Below are positions 57,801 to 64,000 of a stretch of 64,000 nt of DNA, in pieces. This DNA is from an uncultured Actinomycetes bacterium (lineage in GTDB: Bacteria; Actinomycetota; Thermoleophilia; Gaiellales; JAICJC01). The notes under the pieces are model-generated. The model worked only from the letters and a program-made list of their open reading frames with translations, searched no databases and had not been told where the DNA came from. Position numbers and translations under genes: made by a program. Positions within the stretch are counted from its first letter, which is position 1. Each line of letters begins with the position of its first letter. The DNA is taken from assembly GCA_963708365.1 (NCBI GenBank), contig CAVPSM010000013.1, positions 123,345 to 187,344 of the forward strand. Reading direction: 5' to 3'.

Positions 57801-58248
57801 GCACGGCGGGAACCGCCGCGAGTCGCCCGAAGAGGGCGACCTCATCGCCAACCAGGTCGCGCTGCTCGAGGGGGGAATCGTGACCCGGTTCGACGGCAGC
57901 ACGGTCCCGATCGATGGGGCCGGCGTGATGGTGGTGACCCCCTACAACGCCCAGGTGCGGCTGCTGCGGGACCGGCTCCCGGCCTGGGTCGAGGTCGGCA
58001 CGGTCGACAAGTTCCAGGGCCGCGAGGCAGCGGTCGTGTTCTTCTCGATGGCCACGTCGAGCGGCGAGGACGTGCCTCGCAACGCCGAGTTCCTCTACTC
58101 CCGGAACCGGCTCAACGTCGCGGTATCGCGGGCGAAGTGCCTCGCCGTGCTCGTCGCGAGCCCGGACCTCCTCACGGTGCGGTGCAAGACCGTCGAACAG
58201 ATGCGGCTCGTGAACGCCCTGTGCCGCTTCGTCGAGCTGGCCTCCTAG
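54899..58248 (+). pseudogene. RecB-like (TM0106-type, PD-(D/E)xK) nuclease fused to a superfamily-1 DNA2/Upf1-like helicase, at least 12 frameshifts
   Basis: Starts MRRFDGQPLLSPSDLNNLLECRHLMALELA. Further pieces are HQATLEGDGFGGYADFLERV...WSYEVADAKLA, DLFFDIEGDPYIGDRGLVYLFG, HIYHYGA, LVDLYGVVRQGVRISKESYSLKKVE and LYNREDV. The helicase part reads GPPGTGKTY (Walker A), TLIVDEAGQV, ILLGDPQQL, VVTPYNAQV, VGTVDKFQGREAAVVFFS and RLNVAVSRAK. These are spread over ORFs 54755, 55197, 55234, 56101, 56594, 56908, 57405 and 57616. Confidence 0.85.
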
Positions 58249-58278
58249 CACCGCGGCCGCGGTGGTAGGCTCGCGGCC

Positions 58279-59793
58279 GTGCGAGGGGGACGCGCGATGC
58301 TGGTGGCGGCCGTTGCCGCCGGGACGATCTTCGGCGGGGGAGGTGTGCCGGCTGTCGCGCACACGCCAATTGGCGTCGCGCACACGCCAATTGCGACGGT
58401 GCGCGTCGCCCAGTTCAACTGCGACATCTCCGACGAGTTCCCGATCATCAAGGCCTCGCTCGTCGCCCGCGCCATCCGGGCCAGCGGCGCCGACGTGGTC
58501 GGGATCGAGGAGGGCGGCGGCGAGATCCCCCAGATCGCGCACGCGCTCGGCTGGCGCTACTACGACATCCGCATGCAGATCGTCTCGCGGCTGCCGCTGG
58601 TCGACCCGCCCGACGGGCACGGCCTCTACACCTACGTCGAGGTCTCCCCCGGCCGTGTCGTCGCGATGGAGAACGTCCACCTGCCGTCGGCGCCGTACGG
58701 CCCCGTGTGGGTGAAGCACGGCAAGACCCCGGCGCAGGTGATCGCGATGGAGAAGCGCGTGCGCCTTCCGGCGATCGAGCCCGACCTGACCGCCGCCCGG
58801 ACGCTCCACACCCGTGGAATCCCGACGTTCCTCACCGGCGACTTCAACTCGCCGTCGTTCCGCGACTGGACGAAGGCGACGGTCGGCACGGAGCCCTGGC
58901 GCGACTACCCGTTGCGCTGGCCGGTCTCGGCCGCGGTCGAGGCAGCCGGGTTCACCGACTCGTTCCGGGCCGTCCACCCGAACCCGGTGAAGACGCCCGG
59001 GCTGACCTGGCCGGCGCACCGCACGATCCCGGGGGTCGACCTTTTCCTCGGCGAGCCGACGGACCGGATCGACTTCGTCTTCGCCCGCGGGGCGCGTCCG
59101 GTCGCGAGCACGATCGTCGGCGAGCCTGGCGCGCCCGGCACATCGGCGACGGTGGCGCCGTGGCCGTCCGACCACCGCCTGGTCGTCTCGACGTTCCGCG
59201 TCCGCGGGGCAACGCCCCCGGCGCTCGTCACCGTGCCGCACCGACTGGTGCGCATCGGCGACACGGTGCCGGTCTCATTCCACGCGGGCGGGCCGGTGAC
59301 CGCGGTTGCCGTCGAGCACCTTCGCGGCGGGACGGCGAACACGGTGGCCACCCGAAACGTCGCCGGCGCGCACGGGATCGGGACGGTCGCCTTCTCGAGC
59401 GGCGACTGGGCGGCGGGCGCGTACGCGGCCGTCCTGCTCGGCCCGGGCGGGCACGCCCTGTCGCAGTTCCCGTTCTGGGTGGCCGCGCCCGGCGCGCCGC
59501 CGGTCATCCACGCCACTAAACCGGTCTTCGCAGTCGGCGCGCCAGTTGGCGTGACCGTCAAGAACGCGCCCGGCGATCGCTGGGACTGGCTCGGCATCTA
59601 CCGCCGCGGCGCAAACCCGCTCGTCGCGTCGTACCTACTCTGGGGCTACACGCACTCCGCCATCGACGGCATGTTCATGTTGCGCCCGAGCGGCATCTTC
59701 GCCGTCCCGCTCACGCCCGGCCGCTACACGGTCTACCTGCTGCGCGACGATCTGTACGTGAAGATCGCCGGCGCGAACTTCGTCGTGCGCTGA
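58279..59793 (+). CDS. Secreted endonuclease/exonuclease/phosphatase (EEP) family protein with a C-terminal beta-sandwich region
   Basis: 504-aa intact ORF with a signal-like N-terminus. EEP pieces are VAQFNC...VGIEEGG, FLTGDFNSP, TDRIDFVF and WPSDHRLV. Confidence 0.8.
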   Translation: MRGGRAMLVAAVAAGTIFGGGGVPAVAHTPIGVAHTPIATVRVAQFNCDISDEFPIIKASLVARAIRASGADVVGIEEGGGEIPQIAHALGWRYYDIRMQIVSRLPLVDPPDGHGLYTYVEVSPGRVVAMENVHLPSAPYGPVWVKHGKTPAQVIAMEKRVRLPAIEPDLTAARTLHTRGIPTFLTGDFNSPSFRDWTKATVGTEPWRDYPLRWPVSAAVEAAGFTDSFRAVHPNPVKTPGLTWPAHRTIPGVDLFLGEPTDRIDFVFARGARPVASTIVGEPGAPGTSATVAPWPSDHRLVVSTFRVRGATPPALVTVPHRLVRIGDTVPVSFHAGGPVTAVAVEHLRGGTANTVATRNVAGAHGIGTVAFSSGDWAAGAYAAVLLGPGGHALSQFPFWVAAPGAPPVIHATKPVFAVGAPVGVTVKNAPGDRWDWLGIYRRGANPLVASYLLWGYTHSAIDGMFMLRPSGIFAVPLTPGRYTVYLLRDDLYVKIAGANFVVR

Positions 59794-59798
59794 CCGCG

Positions 59799-59829
59799 TG
59801 AATAAAAGGGGTCTGACCCCGTTTATTCA
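59799..59829. repeat. 31-bp palindromic AT-armed element, copy 3
   Basis: TGAATAAAAGGGGTCTGACCCCGTTTATTCA lies between the convergent EEP and MarR genes. The MarR TGA stop lies in its right arm. Confidence 0.9.
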
Positions 59830-60255
59830 GTCGCCCGCCAATCGCGCCAGGAGCCCCGTCGCCTCGGCGAGCACCTTGCGCTCGCGGGTGTTCAGGTCGG
59901 TGCGGATCGCGTCAGCCAGCCAGCCGACTCGCTGAGCGCGGTCGGCGGCCAGCACGTCGCGGCCGGCCGCCGTGAGGTCGATCGCGACACGGCGGCGATC
60001 CTGAGCGTCCGGTGAGCGCGCCACCAGGCCGGCGTCCTCGAGCGCTTCCACGGTCGCGGCCATCGACTGCGGGCGGACGTGCTCCGCAGCGGCCAGCGCA
60101 CTGATCCCTGAGGGCCCGCCGCGGTCGAGCCGGCCGAGCACGATCACCTGTGCCAGCGGGATCCCGTGGCGCTGGACGCGCTCGGCGCGCAGCCGGCGGA
60201 CGATCCGTCCGAGGACGACGCGCAGCTCGGCGGCAACCATCTCGGGCTCGACCAT
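59827..60255 (-). CDS. MarR-family transcriptional regulator
   Basis: 142-aa ORF: ...LAQVIVLGRLDRGGPSGISALAAAEHVRPQSMAATVEALEDAGLVARSPDAQDRRRVAIDLTAAGR.... Confidence 0.85.
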   Translation of the reverse strand: MVEPEMVAAELRVVLGRIVRRLRAERVQRHGIPLAQVIVLGRLDRGGPSGISALAAAEHVRPQSMAATVEALEDAGLVARSPDAQDRRRVAIDLTAAGRDVLAADRAQRVGWLADAIRTDLNTRERKVLAEATGLLARLAGD

Positions 60256-60296
60256 GTATGCAGCATACCTGAACAGTTTGCCTGTAGAATTGGTGA

Positions 60297-62001
60297 GTGG
60301 CCGCCGACCGATACAAGTGGATCGCGCTCTCGAACGTGACGCTCGGCGTCCTCCTCGCGACGCTCGACGCCTCGATCACGCTGATCGCGATGCCCGACAT
60401 CTTCCGCGGCATCAAGCTCGACCCGCTCGTCCCGTCGAACAGCTTCTATCTGCTCTGGATGATCCTGGGCTACCTGGTCGTCTCGAGCGTGCTGATCGTG
60501 AGCCTCGGCCGGCTCGGCGACATGTACGGCCGGGTGCGGATCTACAACCTCGGGTTCGTCATCTACACGGTGGCCTCGCTGTTCCTGACGGTCACCTGGA
60601 TGACCGGGCGCGCGGGCGCGACGTACCTGATCGTCTTCCGGATCGTCCAGGGCCTCGGCGGCGCCTGTCTGCTGGCCAACGCCGCCGCGATCATCACCGA
60701 CGCGTTCCCGTCCAACCAGCGCGGCATGGCGCTCGGTATCAACAACATCGTGGGCGTGAGCGGCATGTTCGTCGGCCTCGTGCTGGGCGGGCTGCTGGCC
60801 CCGATCAGCTGGCGGCTCGTGTTCCTCATCTCGGTCCCGGTCGGCGTCGCGGGCACGATCTGGGCGTACATGAAGCTCGAGGAGCGCGGGCTGCGCAAGC
60901 GGGCGCCGGTCGACTGGTGGGGGAACATCACCTTCGCCCTCGGACTCGTGCTCCTGATGGTGGCGGTCACCTACGGCATCCGGCCGGCGAACGGCCACGC
61001 CACCGGCTGGACGAGCGCTGCGGGTCCTCGCCCTGGTCACCGGCTCTGTCGTCAGCCTGGTCGCCTTCGCCATCATCGAGCGGCGCGTCGAGAACCCGAT
61101 GTTCCGGCTGCCGCTCTTCCGCATCCGCGCATTCACCTTCGGGACGCTCTCGACGTTCCTCTCGGCGGTCGCCCGCGGCGGGCTCATGTTCATGCTGATC
61201 ATCTGGCTGCAGGGGATCTGGCTGCCCCAGCACGGCTACGACTTCAAGGACACGCCGCTCTGGGCAGGCATCTACATGCTGCCGCTGACCCTGGGGATGC
61301 TGGTCGCCGGGCCGACGTCGGGCTACCTCTCCGACCGCTTCGGCTCGCGCCTGTTCGCGACGGCCGGGATGATCGGCGCCGCCTGCAGCTTCGGCCTCCT
61401 GCTCCTGCTCCCGATCGACTTCTCCTACCCCGTCTTCGCCGCCGTACTGGCGCTGAACGGGATCTCGATGGGCCTCTTCGCCTCGCCCAACCGGGCCGGG
61501 GTGATGAACAGCCTGCCGGCTGCCGACCGCGGCGCCGGCGGCGGGATGAACCAGACCTTCCAGAACTCGGCCCAGGTGCTCTCGATCGGGATCTTCTTCA
61601 CGCTCATGATCCTCGGCCTGGCCGCGACGCTCCCGGATGCGATCCACACCGGCCTCGTCGGCCACGGCGTCCCCGCAGCGACGGCCGCGCACGTCTCGCA
61701 CCTGCCGCCCGTCTCGATCCTCTTCGCCGCCTTCCTCGGCTACAACCCGATCGGCCACCTGCTCGGGCCGGGGGTGCTGCACGCCCTCTCCGTCCACCAG
61801 CAGGCCGTGCTCACCGGACGCTCGTTCTTCCCCGATCTGATCGCGACGCCGTTCGAGAACGGCCTGCACGCCGCCTTCGGCTTCGCGATCGTCGCCTGCC
61901 TGGTCGCCGCAGGAGCCTCGCTCATGCGCGGCGGTCGCACCGCCGCCCAGATCGAGCAGGCGCCGCCGCTCCGGCGGGCCGAGGCCGAACGCGCCGCCTG
62001 A
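60297..62001 (+). pseudogene. MFS drug:H+ antiporter (DHA2/EmrB-QacA-like, 14-TMS type), one frameshift near 61015
   Basis: The GTG at 60297 opens ORF 60297..62177 (MAADRYKWIALSNVTLGVLLATLDASITLIAMP...GRLGDMYGR...GWTS). It continues as RVLALVTGSVVSLVAFAIIERRVENPMFRLPLFRIRAF... in ORF 61099..62001. Divergent from marR. Confidence 0.8.
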
Positions 62002-62077
62002 GCTCGGGCAGCGCCCTCACGCGGCTCTCAGGGTCCGGGGGTACCGTGCATGAGGACTCACCGGAAGGAAGCGTGCC

Positions 62078-63244
62078 ATGGGCATCATCAAGCGTTCGTC
62101 CGCCACCAGCCTCGTCGGCTGGCTCATCCTCGCGGTCGCCCTACTCTCCGCGGTCTCCGTCACCGCATATGCGATGACCCGAAGCGGCGCAGCCAAGCCG
62201 CCCAAGCGCTCGCTCGCGAGCGCCGTCCACCGCATCTTCACCGCGAAGCCGGTAACAGGCGTCTCGGCCCAGTTCCGGGTCGACCAGCACCTCCTCGCCG
62301 GCACATCGACCACGCTCTCGTCCAACCCGCTCCTGGCCGGCGCGACCGGAAGCGTCTGGGTCGGCGGCGGCCACGCGCGGCTCGTCGTGAAGTCGCAACT
62401 CGGCACCACCTCCGTCGCCTTCGACGGTCATCAGGTGACGCTCTACGACCCCAAGCAGCACGTCGCGTACGTCCTCCCGGTGAAGCACCACCAGAAGTCC
62501 GGCTCGGCCTCCGAGCACAGCATCCCGACCATGGCGTCGATCACCCACGCGCTGGCCGAGGCCTCGAAGTTCGCCGTCATCTCGGGCGCGATTCCGAGCA
62601 ACGTCGCCGGCCGCGAGGCCTACACGGTGCACGTCTCTCCGCGCCAAAACGGCGGCCTCTTCGGCGAGTTCGACCTGGCCTGGGACGCCGCCCACGCGGT
62701 GCCGCTGCGCTTCGCGATCTTCCCGCGCGGGTCGAGCACGGCGGCGATCTCGATCTCCGTCACGCACATTCGCTTCGGCGCGATCCCGGCGCAGGCGCTC
62801 AGCACGACGCCGCCGGCCGGGACGAAGATCGTGCATGTGCACATGCCGAGCCGGCATGAGCACTCCACGAACCAGGCGCACGTCGCCCCGGCCGTCGGCG
62901 CGGCCGCCGTCTCCAAGGCGGTCGGGTTCACGGTCGCGGCGCCGAAGACGCTCGCCGGCCTGTCGCAGAACAAGGTGCGCGCGGTCTCCATCGGCTCGCA
63001 CCACGCCGCGCTGGCCACCTACGGCCACGGCCTCGGCACGGTGTTCCTGCTCGAGCAGCGCACGAGCGGCGCGAATACGGCGCTCTCCTCGCTGCCGTCG
63101 GTCACGGTCGCCGGGATCAAGGCGCACGAGCTCGACACGACGCTCGGTTCGGTGATCCAGTGGAGCCACGGCGGCGTGACATACACGATCGCCGGGTCGC
63201 AGTCGGCGACGCGGATCATGTCCGCGGCAGAATCTCTGGCGTGA
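62078..63244 (+). CDS. Membrane-anchored LolA-like / DUF4367-like protein
   Basis: 388-aa intact ORF with N-terminal TM LVGWLILAVALLSAVSVTAYA. The C-terminal part reads ...VGFTVAAPKTLAGL...GTVFLLEQ...VIQWSHGGVTYTIAGS. GTGA coupling to the downstream ABC ATPase. Confidence 0.6.
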   Translation: MGIIKRSSATSLVGWLILAVALLSAVSVTAYAMTRSGAAKPPKRSLASAVHRIFTAKPVTGVSAQFRVDQHLLAGTSTTLSSNPLLAGATGSVWVGGGHARLVVKSQLGTTSVAFDGHQVTLYDPKQHVAYVLPVKHHQKSGSASEHSIPTMASITHALAEASKFAVISGAIPSNVAGREAYTVHVSPRQNGGLFGEFDLAWDAAHAVPLRFAIFPRGSSTAAISISVTHIRFGAIPAQALSTTPPAGTKIVHVHMPSRHEHSTNQAHVAPAVGAAAVSKAVGFTVAAPKTLAGLSQNKVRAVSIGSHHAALATYGHGLGTVFLLEQRTSGANTALSSLPSVTVAGIKAHELDTTLGSVIQWSHGGVTYTIAGSQSATRIMSAAESLA

Positions 63245-64000
63245 GCCAGAACGGCGGCGCTGAGCCGCTCGTCGAGATCGAGGGCGTCACCAAGCGCTAC
63301 GGCGGCATCGTCGCGCTGGACGGCGTATCCGCCACGGTGCGCGAGCGCGCCGTCGGCCTGCTGGGCGCGAACGGCGCAGGCAAGTCGACGCTGATGCGGG
63401 TCATGCTCGGCCTCATCCGGGCGGACTCGGGCTCGGCCAGGGTGCTCGGCATCGACGCGTCGAAGCCGGCGTGGGAAGTGCGGCGGCTGCTGGGCTACAT
63501 GCCCGAGCACAGCTGCCTGCCCCTGGGCATGACCGCGCGCGACCTGGTCGTGCACATGGGCGAACTGCGCGGCCTGCCCCGCCGTGTGGCCGTGTTGCGC
63601 GCGTCCGAGGTGCTGTTCCAGGTCGGTCTCGAGGAGGAGCGCTCGCGGCTCATCCGCACCTTCTCGGTCGGCATGAAGCAGCGCACGAACCTGGCCCAGG
63701 CGATCGTGCACTCGCCCGGCCTCGTGATCCTCGACGAGCCCACGAACGGCCTCGACCCGGCCGGGCGCGAGGAGATGCTCTCGCTCGTCCGCCGGCTCTC
63801 GACCGAGCTCGGCATCGCCGTCATCATGTCGTCGCACGTGCTGGAGGACGTCGCCCGGACGTGCGACTCCGTCATCGTCCTGCGCGAGGGCAAGGTGGCC
63901 GCGACCCGGACGATCGACCACTCTGCTGCCGCCGTGCGCGGCGACGTGCGGGTGCGGATCGCCGGCGACGCGGACGGGTTCGCCCGCGCGGCCCAGGAGC
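63241..64000 (+). CDS. ABC transporter ATP-binding protein (ABC-2/DrrA-like), 3' end outside the window
   Basis: Not in the ORF track because there is no stop in the window. My translation from the GTG at 63241 is VSQNGGAEPLVEIEGVTKRYGGIVALDGVSATVRERAVGLLGANGAGKSTLMRVM...FSVGMKQRTNLAQAIVHSPGLVILDEPTNGLDP. Confidence 0.85.
   Translation, partial: MSQNGGAEPLVEIEGVTKRYGGIVALDGVSATVRERAVGLLGANGAGKSTLMRVMLGLIRADSGSARVLGIDASKPAWEVRRLLGYMPEHSCLPLGMTARDLVVHMGELRGLPRRVAVLRASEVLFQVGLEEERSRLIRTFSVGMKQRTNLAQAIVHSPGLVILDEPTNGLDPAGREEMLSLVRRLSTELGIAVIMSSHVLEDVARTCDSVIVLREGKVAATRTIDHSAAAVRGDVRVRIAGDADGFARAAQE

Overview
High-GC (roughly 70% by eye, not computed) actinobacterial-type chromosomal window. Genes are densely packed, with frequent ATGA/GTGA start-stop coupling, and many long antisense ORFs in the track are GC artefacts. 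From 1 to 21.3 kb the genes are ordinary and almost all intact. They include a TPP-dependent 2-oxoacid dehydrogenase E1 alpha/beta pair plus an M24 peptidase, divergent from a histidine-ammonia-lyase-like and an ornithine-cyclodeaminase-like gene. They also include TatA, methyltransferases, a nitronate monooxygenase, a Tat-exported BBE-type FAD oxidase, tdh-kbl, secreted beta-propeller proteins and an amidohydrolase. From 21.3 kb onward the window looks accessory and decaying. A GH13 glycosidase, a sugar ABC importer (binding protein and two permeases, but not the ATPase), a multi-GAF hybrid histidine kinase, a PD40/RTX protein and a roughly 1100-aa RecB-like nuclease-helicase are each broken by many frameshifts. 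Several other genes carry one break or an in-frame stop. No single, clearly defined novel system stands out. The observations most worth a second look are listed here.

1. The reading-frame breaks are strongly clustered rather than evenly spread.
2. A 31-bp AT-armed palindromic element (TGAATAAA-GGGGTCNGACCCC-TTTATTCA) occurs three times, supplies stop codons to flanking genes, and brackets the GH13/ParB-like segment.
3. A visibly lower-GC 7.5-kb cAMP/phosphorelay island lies between a perfect 20-nt direct repeat derived from the anticodon arm of a selC-like (anticodon UCA) tRNA remnant that lacks a D arm.
4. A deletion scar fuses a sensor-kinase stub to the middle of an RND pump gene.
5. A cyclase-AAA-TPR (STAND-type) gene is translationally coupled to three tandem small paralogues of unknown family.
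6. Two diverged copies of a small acidic ORF flank the RTX pseudogene.

No rRNA, CRISPR array, integrase or transposase was recognised.
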